From assembly GCA_013265495.1 (NCBI GenBank), contig MU058059.1, forward strand, positions 3,449,502-3,513,501: a stretch of 64,000 nt of DNA. The letters are read 5' to 3'. Position 1 is the stretch's first letter, and every line of letters starts with the position of its first letter. The notes under the pieces are model-generated. The model made no database searches and was not told where the DNA came from. It worked only from the letters and a program-made list of their open reading frames with translations. Of this stretch, positions 24,376 to 37,098 are shown piece after piece. Source of the stretch: Vicugna vicugna (lineage: Eukaryota). A program made the position numbers and the translations under genes.

Positions 24376-25383
24376 AAGACCTCTCACATAACCAAGCTGT
24401 CACAATCCACAGAGGTAAACACAACCTGGAAAGCATCCAGCAGGGAGTGTTGAGTGCACAGAAGTCCTCCCGAGGGCCAGTCCAGAAAGACAGCAACGCT
24501 CGCCTGAGAGCCCACAGCCCAGGTCGGGCGGGAGGCGCTGGTCAGCTTTTCAGAGTGCACTGTGCATCCGCCACGCTGCTCGGGGCCACTCTGTCCTCCC
24601 TTGGACACAACTGTTACCACTCACTGCACCACTTACAATCTGCTCATTTCCAACTTTCTGGTAGGTAGATGCTACCAATCCCAGCAAGCAATCAAAAATA
24701 GGCGCTGACTGCTGTATAGGGCCCTAGGTGGGATGTGCAGGGTGCTTCCTTATTTCATAATTCCATTTGTAAACTAACCCAGATCTTAAAACAGGGAAAA
24801 AAGGATACTTGGTGACACTTTCGAAGGGACAACTGATGTTACAATCCTTCTCTTTAAGTTGTGAATTTAATTGTGAGGCCTTCTCCCCACCAGGGGCTGC
24901 AGCCTGTGTCAGCAGCCTTTTGTCAGCGGTTCCCCGACGATCAGACATCTAAGCTCATAAAGAGAAATGTTTCTTGCAGAAAAGATGTTGAGATGATTTC
25001 TGTGTTTTAAGTGTGTAAAAGTGATGTCTAGTTGAACAATGAATCACTTTATGTGTTAAATATACAAAATGAGTTCTGACAAACAGGTGTCAGATTTTAA
25101 AAGGATGTGGGCGGTTTAATTCAGTTTTACATCACTCGACTGTGACATTCTAATTCATTGCCACATAGAATGAGCTTTCTCGAGAGGAGCTGATTTATTA
25201 CCATTAGTTTTCCCCTATTTCCTTTTCTGCCTTTCCTTTTTTATAGTACTCCTGAAATAGGGCTAGAGAGTTATTTTTAAAAACAGCTCTTTGTGTGTGT
25301 CAGATTAACAGCAAAATCATTTAGAATTTTAAATAAATTTGAGGGCCCTTCTCAACCTCACCATGGAGACAGGAGAGTGAACT

Positions 25384-25397
25384 GTTACCATGGAGAC
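25384..25397 (-). promoter_or_regulatory. RFX X-box
   Basis: Minus strand GTCTCCATGGTAAC matches GTYNCC-AT-RGNAAC; a degenerate second copy lies at 25357-25370. Confidence 0.5.
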
Positions 25398-27008
25398 ATG
25401 TGAGTGCCTCTGAGCCCAGAGTTATGACTACATACAGTCAGGTATTAGCATGAATCGGGTATCGTACGTAAAGCATTTTCAGTCCTCATGGGAAGCCTGG
25501 TGACGAGTGAAATTAATAGGAAACAAGATTTCAGTGCACTACAAGTGTCCTCATCCCTGGGGCAGGAAGAGGAAATCGCTGGCTCCCAGACTTCACCCCA
25601 ATTCCTGATTTGGTCTGGAGAGGAGGCTGAGAAACCCTTATTTCAAACAAGCTTCCCAGGAGACTGAGAACCAGCCCAGTCTGAGACTCACAGAAACCAG
25701 CCTGTCTGGGCACTCAGTCATCAGGAATGGTTTGGTTTTGGTTAACTGAGAGTTTTTACTTATTTAGGGGTTTACTGTGACGTTAAAAATGAATTGCAAC
25801 TAATCAAAATTTGTAAAAACCTAGTTATCTCTTAACTGTTGACATTCGGTTAACATACTTGATTAACGAATTTGACACATTTTAGCCTTCGTTTTTAGAG
25901 AGGCTTTTACAATTTAAATCTCCTTTGTATATAATTGATTTTTAAAAAGATACCGAAAACTTTACTGCAACAAAGCCGTCTCAAGTTTAAAAAGCTAATA
26001 AAATTTTAAAAATTAAACTTATATTCTCTTCAGCAGTCTAATAGTATAAAAGCATAGTGAGGTTTCAGCTAAATAATCAGAAATCAAAGAGTTACATATT
26101 TTAAATTTGAATCACCATGCTAATAAATTCTCTGACTCTAATGACCCTAATATTAAAAACTTGGCAAGTGTATGAAATTCAAGTCTGCAAACTCCGTAAC
26201 ACAGAAACATATTTATTAAATGCTACATATTTGATATCTTGAACATTTCTAGACTTAATTCTAAACCTTCTCAGGGAGAAAAACTCCCTCCTTGCTTCTC
26301 AGTGAGAGGTTTTGGAACAGACACTGATGGATGGGATAGGCTGAGCATGAGTTTTCGTCGCAATAATGTGCTGGGATTCAGAGTTCTTCCCCGGAGCTTT
26401 TAGACGGCAGTCATGATAATCATCACTGCTGAAGGGACGGTATTTTTCAGCCACCTGTTCCAGGCACGAGAGGCTGGTACATGGGGTTGTAATTATTCAA
26501 AATTATATATGCTTTATCTTTTTATTCTGAAATCACCTTAGACACACAGAGTGGAACTGTAATTCTAACCCAGAGATCTCTGACGTGGTCTTCCTTCTGA
26601 ATCTAGCGACTGAGGTGGAGGAAAGGATGACAAGGGGAGGGAGGGACAGGACACTAGAGGTCCCACCTAGTCAACGTATCGTCCAGAAGCTAATCATAAA
26701 GAACTTCCCATCAGGGAGAACAAGTAGCTGATTTCCAAATAACCAGGGTCTCAGGGGTAGGTCCCCACTTGGATTTGAGGAAAGAGGATCATAGCTGATG
26801 CATCCACCTAATAGTCATCTGTACTAGTCAGTATAAAGGCTAAGCTTCCGTAACCAAGAGCCTCCGGACAGGATGGGGTATCAAAAACAGCGGTGTAATT
26901 CACTCTCACTTAGCAGCCCTGTGGAAATGGGCCAGACTGATGGGGAGGCTCTGCTCCATGCGGTCTTTCTGCGACCTGGTACCTCCACACCGTTGCTCCA
27001 CTATCCCT

Positions 27009-27420
27009 CAGGGCTTTTTAACCTGGCCTTCTCGGACCCCTAGGAAGTCTGTGGCGGAGTTCAGAGGCTCCATAAATTTGGGTGGGAAGAAAATTACACC
27101 TCTATTTTATATTTAGCATTCCCTTCAATTATAAATGTGGATAACAAACCTTGGTACTATTAGCAGTACTTACAAATGGGTCACCAACACAAAGAATAGA
27201 TATTTTATATTAATTTCGACTGTCTTGAACTATCATTTATCTTCATCACTACTTTGAAATTATGGTAATTATTAAACCTGTTGCTACCTGTTACTAGATA
27301 ATATCACTAAAGAAGCATCTATATTATTATATCACTTATTAGTTTAAACATTGATAACATTTTCAATGTATTTCAATGTAATTTATTTGTAATTTAAAGA
27401 ATTTTATTTTCTACTTATTT
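27009..27420. mobile_element. hAT-Charlie family DNA transposon fossil
   Basis: CAGGGCTTTTAACCTGG TIR-like start; AAAATTACA...TTTAGCATT..TTCAATTAT...CATCACTACTTTGAAATTATGGTA. Confidence 0.65.
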
Positions 27421-27429
27421 TTGTATTCT

Positions 27430-28605
27430 ACTTTCTCATTGAGTTACAACATGTACACAGTAAGTGACTAAAATATGCACAAACCTTAAGTGTATGGCTA
27501 GGTGAAGTTATACATTTTAATGGTATCAAAATACAGAACTTCATCACCCCAGGAAGTTTCCCTGTGGTTCTTCCCAGTTCTTTCCTTGTGCCTCTCTTGC
27601 AAAAATAAATGTTAATCAGACTACTGATACCACCAAGTAGTGTTACCTGAGATTTACATTTAAATAAAATCATAAAGTGTGTGCACTCTTTAAAAAAGAC
27701 TGTTTTTTAGAGCAGTTTCAGGTTTACAACAAAATTAATAAGAGAGAGGTACAGCAGATTCCGTACACCCTGTTCCCACACATGCAGAGCCTCCCCCACC
27801 ATCAACATCCCTCTCCAGAATGGGACTTTTTTTCTTTTTTAAACCAAGGAATGAACCTACACTGACACATCATACTCACCCAAAGCCCACAGTTTACCTT
27901 AGTTTTCACTGCTGGTGTTGTGCATTCTATGAGTTTGGTCAAACGGATACGGATGCATACTACCATTATGATATCATACAGAGTACTTCCACTGCCCTAA
28001 AAGTCCTCTGTGCTCTGCCTATTCACCTCTCTCCCTGATCCTAGAATATTTTTTTATTGAGATATAACTGACACATAACATTACGTTAGTTTCAGGTGTA
28101 CAACACAGTGACTAGGTATTTGTGTATACTGTGCAATGCTCACCACAGTAACACTAACGTGCGCACACTTCCGTGTTGGCCTCCTTCCCCCACATGATGT
28201 CTGTGAGAGTCATCCAAGCTTCTGTGTGTGTTTTGTAAGCCACTCCCTCTGTTGCTGGGCAGTAATTCATTTTATGAATAGAAACAACGGATGTATCTTC
28301 TGCCCCATGGGTGGCCATGCGAGTTACTTCCTGTTTCCGACCACTGCACATGAAAGTACTGAGCCTCCTCACACACACGAGCACTCATGTCTCCTGGGGA
28401 TGAACCTGTGGGGGACTGCTGAGTCACAGGGCAATCACGCTCAGCTGTAGTGGATTCCGCCAGACTGTGCTTCAGATTGCCTGAGTGAGATTCTGCTCTT
28501 GCCAGCAAGCAGTGTGTAAGAGTTCCAGTTGCTTCCACATCCTCACAAATATTAGAGATGATCAGTCTTTTAAACTTCAGCCACTCTAGGGGGTATTTTG
28601 TGGTA
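27430..28605 (-). mobile_element. Composite of old LINE-1 3' fragments
   Basis: TTTTAGAGCAGTTTCAGGTTTACA (L1MB/MC tail), TTATTGAGATATAACTGACAC, AGAGTTCCAGTTGCTTCCACATCCTCAC. Confidence 0.8.
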
Positions 28606-29821
28606 TATTTTATTTTATGCACTTAAACATGAGGATGAATCCAGACTCTCAGAGGGTTCACAGCACAAGAGATCTCAAATGCCTGGTGAAAGCTGGGCAC
28701 TTTGGTTTCCCAACTCAAGGGAAGGACAAAAAGCAGAAGTTGGGGACCGGCAATGTCCTTTGGAGCAGCGAGGAGGAAGTTGCTCATTGCTCAGTCACTT
28801 AGTAACTGAGTCACTCGGCCACGCCCAGCCTCACTGGCATCTGGGAAATGTAGTCTCTGGAGGGGCAGCCATGTGCTGGGTCTAAACTCTACTAATATGG
28901 AAGAAGCGATGATGAATTACTTGCAGTCTCCACCACAGGATGCTGTTGACAGTCCTGGCAGTTTTTTCGTGGGGTCCAAAGCAGCACAAATGGACCTCCA
29001 CCCGGGGCAAGGACTGCTGAATCCCCTGGCTGCTCTGTCTTGCCTTTTGGGGACATATTGGCAGTGTTTGGGGCCCTGGTTTCAGGCTCTCGTGCTAAGC
29101 TTGCCTGTCAAGCAAACAGGTAGGGTGATCGGGTCCGTGAGGTCCTCCAGCAATGGGTATATAAGACATGGTATTTTCCATGTTTTGGTTAAGTAAGTGC
29201 ATGACCCAAGGGTGAGTTGGGTAGTTTCTTTGGAGAGAACACTGAAGGTATTGGTGTGATGGGGCCCTGAGTCATACCTTCATCAGATACCTGCGTGGCA
29301 TGTTACTCTTCAACAGGATTGCCACAAGCGTGTTGAAACCTCTCCAGGAAGTTGTCGTAGTGTCTCAGCCAAACCTCTTGGGTCATCCCTGAGTGTGGCT
29401 TTTCCCCACTTGTCAGAGTGGGTACAGTGGCCACCAAAGACATCTCTGGGCCTCAGGGTTGGCTGCCCCGTGTCTTCACTTCACACACTTCAACAGCAGT
29501 TACAGAGGGAGCAAACCATGCGGTGGGAGCAAGTGCAACCATGTCTATCAGTGGAAATGCACAGATGGCATCAACATTAGTGGCTGGATCACTCAGGAGT
29601 CAGGGAAGGGACCTTCGGCCTGGCTCCTATCAATGCCAAGTTGATAGAAGAGGCTCACCATGTAATTCAAGGTCAGAGTGGAACCAACACTCTTCCCTCA
29701 GAGTGAACTCACACAAGCCAGCAGGGGTTGGGATGGAGATTTGGGTCCATATGAAAACCAAAAAGGGCAATGATAAACAAATTAAATCTTGCAGTGTGAG
29801 CTATGTGTAATTTTTAAAAAC

Positions 29822-29852
29822 CTATCTATCGATCGATCGATCTATCTATCTA
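29822..29852 (+). repeat. (CTAT)/(CGAT) tetranucleotide microsatellite
   Basis: CTATCTATCGATCGATCGATCTATCTATCTA. Confidence 0.85.
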
Positions 29853-31069
29853 CCCAAACTACATCTGGAAAGTGGACAATCAGCCCAGCCCCTGCCTCCT
29901 GCCCCATCTAACTTTGGGTCCTGTTTCTGTACCTCTCCTCTATTCAGCAGCAGATACAGGCAGAGATGAGAAGAGCTTTGATTTACAACTCCAGGAGGGA
30001 TCTGGGAAAAGTTCTAAGATGCCAGAATAGGTTTGAGATCTGATTACATCTGCAGGGGGTGGGGGGAATATGGTGCTACCAAGAAATGGAGGAGGCAGGA
30101 ATTTGGGGAGAAGAGAAGGAATTAAAAAGACCAATGGCATTGGGAGAGGAAAACATGGTGCTCAGGAGAAGAAAGTGTGTTCACCAGATGAACCTCTACT
30201 GGGGGCACTCTGGGCAGTGAGGCTGGGCTTTCTAGGACAACACAGAGGTGCACTAGTGACAGCAGAAAGCCTGAAAGGCTGGCTTTACCACTCCCTCCCC
30301 AGTGCCTCCAAACTCTGCACCCTGTGGGGTGGGATGCTGGGACCTTGAGTCATTAGTCTGGCTGGTGTGTGCGATGCACAGACGCCCACCCTCCCCTGTT
30401 CCCAAACCCGGGGCACTGACGAAGCCGCCTGCGGGGACACAGGTATGCACAGCTCATCAAGGGGGCTTTGTGGGAAGCCTAGCTCTCGGAATGTTATGGC
30501 TTCTCACTGGGTTATAGGACGTGTTTAGACGGTATCTAAGCTGTGAGTACGTGAATTCCATTCAGATCTGTCCAGAGATTCTAGTTTGGGAAAAGTTATA
30601 AATAGTGTTCTCATGAACACTTAAGAGGAAAAAACACACAAGGGAAAACATAGCCATTGGCTAAGACTCTGCAGACAGATCTGAACAAACACTTCTTGGT
30701 TGGCACAAAATACACTGGAATCTTTTGAAATAAGCCTCACGCCTGCTTGGCAAAACATGAATGCTGACTGTGTGTTAAACAGGCATATTATCCTCACTTG
30801 GCAACACACACACAAAGTGTGCTTCCTGGACAGTAACATTCTGACCTTAACTCTTCTTTTCTCATTTACATTATTTGGTTTAATTAAGAACTGCAATCGT
30901 AAGCTTTCCTCGGTGGTCTGGCAGTAACATGGGCATCCGTATCGGACACGAAGCTCTGTGTGGTGCTGGGGCCCAGTTACCAGTCACTCACGTATGCCCA
31001 GAGTTTCTTGGAAAGTGAAGGAGGCTCAGTGCTCTTCTTAAACATGGTGACCTACTGGGCTGGGCTGAA

Positions 31070-31290
31070 GGAAGCAGAGGCGGGATTTGGCCAAGACTCT
31101 TCTTGGACGAGGGGAGAACCCTTGAAAAGCGCATGCAGAGGGAGGAAATTGTTGAGCGCGCCGGAAATCATTTCCGGGGGTGGTTTCAGCAGCAGTCTCG
31201 TTACAGCTGCAGAATATGGTGAGAACACAGCCTCCATTAAAAACACAACGGAGGCTTTGCGTGTGAGGGTGGGGGCGGGGGGAGTCAACA
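31070..31290. promoter_or_regulatory. Small promoter-like patch with palindromic double ETS site
   Basis: CCGGAAAT-C-ATTTCCGG at 31161-31177, GGCGGGA ~31079, GC box GGGGGCGGGG ~31271, local CpGs. Confidence 0.45.
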
Positions 31291-31585
31291 AGCGGTGTCG
31301 ACTCTCCTGTTTCATTCAAATTCTTCACTGAAATGAATTCATTAGAGTTAAAAGTTAAGAATAAAAGCAGCAACCGGAAGAAGACTGGAAGGAAATAGAA
31401 CTGAGTATTAATCAAACCTTAAAAGGGCTTTTTAAGTTTAGAAGAAATCACATAGAAAAAATAAAAATGTGAAAGTATGACATTTTGAAATTTAGTATCT
31501 GCAAATAACAAAAAAAAAGTGAAAAAGAGAAGAAAGAGACTGGGAAATACTATCACAGGTCAAGGAGAAACAAGTGATTAATCAT

Positions 31586-32440
31586 TGCCTTCGATCAGGT
31601 TCCCTGGCAACAGACCCAGAGGAAGCTTTGTTATTCAAGACGTTATTGGCTCTCAGGGTTTGCTGAGGGAGGGCAGATCAAAGGAGCGTGACAGACGTCA
31701 CTTATGACCACATGGATGGACTCTGAGGGCATCGTGTGAAGTGAAACAAGCCAGATAGAGAAAGAGAAATACTGCATGACCTCATATACGGGTGGAATTA
31801 AAAAAAAAAGTCAAACTCATAGAAACAGAGGAGAAAGTGGTTGCCAGGGGCTGGGAGTGGGGAAGTAGGGAGAAGTGGGTAAACTTTCAGCTACAGGAGG
31901 AATGTGGTCTGAGGCTCTAACATATAACTTGGTGCCTACAGCTGACAACACTGTGCTGTACAGTGAAATTCACCAAAAAAAAAAAAAAAAAGAAAAGAAA
32001 GGTAAATATGAGGTGATGGACGTGCTACTTAATTGGATGAGGAATCCTTCCACAATGTATGCGTACATGAAATCATCATGTTGTACACCTCAGAACTCAG
32101 ACAATGTTATTTGTCAGTTATACCTTGATAAAGCTGAAAATAAGAAGTTTACTGGGGAGGGTTCTAGAAACAGCACCCATGAGGGAGTGAGGGCCGCAGA
32201 GCTGGGCAGAGGCCTCAGATGGCCATTCAGTGCTGTCTCAGCAGGGGCACGGGGGCTAGTGTCCCCTGGGCTTGTCTTGGGTACCCCCAGGAGGGGGCCT
32301 AACCCCAGGCAAGGCCCTCCCACCCCTGAAGACAATCACAAAAGATGGAAGCAGTAGGGGAGAGTCAGCAGCTCTCCTGTCAGGCAGTGGGGTTGAGGGG
32401 AGACCCCCGCCTTCAAGGGGGCTCCGGGGGCAGCCATGGC
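31586..32440 (-). mobile_element. LTR16-like (ERVL) LTR interrupted by L1
   Basis: TCAGGTTCCCTGGCAACAGAC..., resumes GAAGTTTACTGGGGAG...GAGGGAGTGAGG after the L1. Confidence 0.55.
31706..32142 (+). mobile_element. L1MA-like 3' end
   Basis: ACATGGATGGACTCTGAGGGCATC...TGTCAGTTATACCTTGATAAAGCTG. Confidence 0.85.
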
Positions 32441-32979
32441 AATGACGGAAAAGAGTTAAACACTACAGAACTCACAACGGCTCTAATGCATCAATTAATA
32501 AACGTTGTGAACAGACAGCCCGCTATTTGTAAATGGGAAAACATCCAATGTCACCAGTAATCAAAGAAGGACAAGTCAAACAAACAAAGACCAGAACTGT
32601 CGATTACAATATACAGACTATCGCAGGCCCTCGCAGAGGAACCGTGGTGCTTTCTGTATACTTTACTGGTGGGCGTGTAAACTGTCCCAGCCTTTCTGGA
32701 AAGCAGTGTGGCATTCTGCCTCAACCCCCTAAAAACACCCCTACTTCTCTGACCCAGTAATTTCTACCTCAGAAAAATTACCCTAGAGAGATAGTCCATT
32801 ACTTGAATAGATCATATGCACGAAGATATCTGTCCCAGCATTAAGTGTGAAAAAAGACGATAAAACTAAAATGTGCAACAGAGACAACATTTAAGTAAAT
32901 AAAAGTATGAAGCTATGTAGCTACAGAGAAAAAGGTTTTAAATATGCTATTTAAAAAGATAATGAAGTTCTATATAGAC

Positions 32980-33092
32980 ATGACCTCATTTTAACTCGGT
33001 TACCTTTGTGAAGACCCTGTTTCAGGCCCGGTCACATTCTGAGGTCTGGGGGTTAGGACTTCAGCATCTTCTTGAGCGGACACATTTGAAAC
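32980..33092 (-). mobile_element. MLT1A/B fragment
   Basis: ATGACCTCATTTTAACT...GTCACATTCTGAGGT..GGGGGTTAGGACTTCA. Confidence 0.75.
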
Positions 33093-33275
33093 TGAGGATA
33101 GTCATCAGTTAGACCCATTAATCTACAACTTGCTTAATAAATGATAAACTGTAACCTGCCTTCGAGGATCAAGCTTGCTTTTATTGTTTTTACAAGAACT
33201 TGCATGTCCTCCAAGAATCACATCACCTAAATAAGTCATAAGACCCCTTCGCCGCCCTGTGGATGGCGTCTCTGA

Positions 33276-33759
33276 TGTAGGAGTTTTAGGATGTTTGTCC
33301 AGGTTTTTCAGGAACCTGGAGTCAGCTGTTGTCCAGGTCAAGATCGAGTCAGCTGAGACTGGCTGGGACCACCGACCCTCCCACTGGGCACGAACGATCG
33401 GTGACCTTTTGAGGTCAGAGGACCCAAAACTCCACCCTCAGATGGTGCTAACGCCAGGATTTTCTCAACATGCACCCTATAAAGAAGCATGTAGCTAAAG
33501 TGCACCAGTGCATAGCGACAACTACCTCATCTTTTTTTGGTTTCCAATCACCTTTGCCAAAAACACTCTCCAGGCCTCCGACCACCCTGCTTATCCCAAA
33601 AGCATCCCAAGCCCCTCACATTTGGGGAGGCAGGTTTGAGATCTGTTCTCCCATCTCCTCGCTCAGCTGCCTCCTGAATAAACCCTCCTCTGCTGCAAAC
33701 CTTGACATCTCAGCATTTGGCTTGCTGCGCATCAGGCAAGCAAACCTGGCTCGGTAACA
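33276..33759 (+). mobile_element. ERV1-class solo LTR
   Basis: TG...CA termini (ends GGTAACA), TATAAA ~33478, AATAAA 33677-33682, GGGGAGGCAGGTTTGAG..TCTCC R-region motif. Confidence 0.7.
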
Positions 33760-34291
33760 CGTTCAACCTACGACACCAGTCCAACCTCGTAACCAGCTGC
33801 AGAAAAATAAACAAAGTGCTTCCATGTTATTGCTTATTGCAGAGTGAACTAACTACAACCCTTTCCTTTTTAAAAGAAGTCACCACACTTTGTGCTCTTC
33901 CTTTTCCTTCCTCTGCCTGATAACTGGGTGTGATGCTGCTGCCTGAGTGTCCTAACGTCTCCGATGCAGAGCACTGACACAGGGTCTCTGCGGAGCTAGA
34001 GGCTTGCAGGCCGGCCAGGATCCCGGCCCTGCGTAATGACTTTCGGGGGCAGCTGCTGAGTCTAACGTGGGGTGACCTCCTCTTGGGGAAAGAAGCTCTC
34101 AGATGATAGTTCAGCTGTGTTCGACTGGGGCATCTCTAACGGACGGGGCGGGGAGTGTCTGTGAAACACAGAAGACTCCTCCTCAAGGGCTTTTCCCAGA
34201 GGCCATGTCTGAGCTAAGCGATTCTGTATAAACTGGACTAATCAGTTTCTGTTTCTTGTATAATTTTAAGTTTGAAAACGGAGACACCCAA

Positions 34292-34812
34292 TGTATAGTG
34301 AAGAATTAATCTTACCCAAAGAGAGGTCTGGCCTTTGCCCTTGGCTACTGGGAGGTGGTCTCCTGCCCCTGCAGTGTCCTGCCTGGTGAGAGCATCTTTG
34401 TTTTCCTGGCAGCTCTGACAGCTGGACAGTCTTACAGAGCGATTCATGATGGGGCTTTGGGCTTCATGGTATCATTTTGCCTCTGGAGGGGACTGGAGAG
34501 AACAGGTTTCTGCCCAACCTCCAGGAGGGGCTCGAGACTAAAGGCTGGCCGCGAGGTCACACCAAAGGCCCCGGTCAGCTTCCCTGGGTGGCAGTATCCA
34601 GCCAGGCGTGACATCACATCGTGTACAGGACATGGATGCCCAGACTGAGGCTCCATGTTGGACTCTCCTGGACTCTGCCCCAGATGTCCCTGCCCTAGCT
34701 CATTTTCACTGTTTCTTTTCTCTGTAATAAACCATAACCATCAGTATTATAAAAACTGCAGTTGGTGTTAGAAGGAAAGGCAGTCTCCTGTGGGAGCCGT
34801 TCTAACTGGACA
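34292..34812 (+). mobile_element. MER21C-like LTR
   Basis: TGTATAGTGAAGAATTAATCTTACCCAAAGAGAGGTCTGGCCTTTGCCC; TGTAATAAACCATAACC. Confidence 0.85.
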
Positions 34813-35284
34813 CGAGGCTCAACTCCTGCACCTGGGCTCTGGGCTTCCATGTCGCTGCATCTCTAAGGAGAACGCCCACGACCGCCTGTTGCTGAGGTGA
34901 TCCGGGCTGGCCTGACTCCTTTCTGGGGTTAGTTCTTCCTTTGATTCTGTAATAACTAGTATCTTTCCAATAAATTATGTGGTTTTTTTCTTAAGCTTTT
35001 CCAAGCTGGGTTCCATTATTTGTAACCAAAAGAATTTTCATCACCTATAGAAGTAGTAAATGCTACGAAGGCATAAGGTGGGGGATGTGACCCACAGACT
35101 TCTCCCAGGAGCTCCTCTAAAGGATAAATATAAGTTGACTCAGTGAGGGGACAGGAAGTGGGCTGGCCCCAAGTCTGATATGGCGCTGGTTTGTTCTTTC
35201 CAAGGTACGACATAAAGGGGAAGGGCCAAGCATTTCTCCTGCCCCTCCGATGGGTCATGTTTCAGAGTAAACAACAGTTGAAGG

Positions 35285-36190
35285 GGGAATTTCTTTATAG
35301 AAGGATGACTGTGATGACTGTGGGGGGAAAGACAGAATTAGAAAATCACCACGTGTCTCCCCTAGTGAAGCAACAGATGCAGGAAGAGAAGAATGGCTTC
35401 TAACGCCAGTGGGTGAACAGTTGATGGGGAACATTCTGCTGGATGGTCAGACTGGCCACACCTGAACCACTGATCAGTCTTGACATGACTAAAACTCAGA
35501 TAATCAGACCTGAGGGCTCCTGCTCATGAGATGCAATAGGAAATGGACAGACCCACCTCTGATGCACATTTGCTCCCAATCAGACTGAGCCTGAATATCA
35601 ACAAACTTCTGCATCTGAGCGTCAGCTGACAGGGAATACGGGGCATATTAAACGACCAACAGGGACTCAATCAACCAAAATCAGATTGTGAGAAATTCGA
35701 TAGAAAAACTGTCCCAACATCTTCAACAAATACATGACAGGAATAAAAAGGAGAAGAGAGGTAAATTGTTAAAGACTACAGGAGACTTGAAACTTATCAA
35801 TCAAGTGCATTGTCTGGACCTAGTTTGAATCCCAATTTCAACAAACTGATTGTAAAAAAAATCTGTAAACAATCAGGGAAATTTAAACCTGACTCTGTAT
35901 TTGATACTACTAAAGCACTTTAAAGAAAAAAAGAGAGAGAGAGATAATAAGTATATTGTAATTATGTTAAAAAAAAGAGGAGAATTTTCATCTGTTAAGA
36001 GTATATCCCAAAGTATTTCTGGTGAAATGTTATGTTTCCCAGAGTGGCTAGGAAATAGGTGAGTTGAGGGGGATGGATGAAACAAGCTTGTTCAAATGTT
36101 TATAACTATTAAAGCCGGGTGACAGGAAGTCATTTTATTCTGCCTGTAAAATCAACTTTTGTGTCCGTCTGAATAGTTTCACAATAAAAA
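35285..36190 (+). mobile_element. Ancient LINE-1 (L1MC/ME) 3' UTR
   Basis: CACCTGAACCACTGATCA...GGACCTAGTTTGAATCC...TTTCACAATAAAAA. Confidence 0.7.
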
Positions 36191-37094
36191 CGTCGTAAGG
36201 AAAACTGGGTAACACCCCCTCCCATCTTACACTGGGATAAATAAGCCACGGTTATAAAAACTGAAGCCAGAAGGGCGGCAGCAGCCCTGGGAGAGCCGTC
36301 ACTGGAGCCTCAAACGCAGCAGGGTTTTCCAAGAACGCCGCCTTTCCGTTAGTCTTCTCACGTGACTGCGCTCCTTTGGTTCATGTTCTATGAATGCTTT
36401 GGTCCAATCACAAATGACATTTGGTGGCAGTTTACTTTTCTGCCTGTTTTGTTAGGTTTTCATATTAGAGTGAGGATAAGAATTGTGACATTTTCCGTCT
36501 TTTCTGAAGCTTGGGATTAAAGAAATTTTGGGGGAGCTAGTTCTCCAAAAACTTGTTCATTTTTTCCCAGCAGTATCCAGTGAGCCATTGAGGGTTTCTT
36601 CCCCGTCTTTCTCTTGCAGTATCATGATGAACTAATGAGTTTCTACATACTCAGTGTTTCAATCTTCCCTTCAAGTTGGTTCTTATACCCTGTGACATTA
36701 ACCTCGAAGTCTCTGATGGCTTCCTTGCTTTCTGAAATAAGGTACTTGAGGCTTATCTCACACTTTTCCTGCCCTGGACCTGTAAACAGCCATTCCTCCA
36801 AGAAACCCTGGTACCTTTCAGTGGAGAATGGTGTCTGCAGAGCACAGAGAGGATGGCAGATGTCCTCACTGCTGCTCTGTTGTCAATGCTTCAGGCCTTT
36901 TCAGCTTAGAGCTACGAGAAGTGTATTATTTTTTTTTGAAAGAGAAAAATACATCATATGTTCATACTTATTTTTCAATGCAAATTAAATATCTCATGGA
37001 CTTAATTTCATGATTTTATGTCCGTATCTTTTCCCTTATATGTTGAATAGCATAAGTCCTAATAAAATTGGCATAATTACTTTATATAGATATA

Positions 37095-37098
<4 letters not shown>

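Larger units (their letters stand above)
26820..28937 (-). mobile_element. Old MLT1(J/K-like) LTR split into 26820-27008 and ~28700-28937 by later insertions
   Basis: TGTACTAGTCAG..GGCTAAGCT start; CTGGGAAATGTAGTCT...GCAGCCATGTGC...GCAGTCTCCACCACA end. Confidence 0.6.

Noticed and set aside
28940..29780. MaLR/ERVL internal sequence next to the MLT1 end
   Set aside because: The position is suggestive but I could not match diagnostic motifs; needs a Dfam search
15000..31300. Assignment to a known locus such as the SP110/SP140 cluster
   Set aside because: No SAND, PHD or bromodomain exons were found; no gene symbol is supportable
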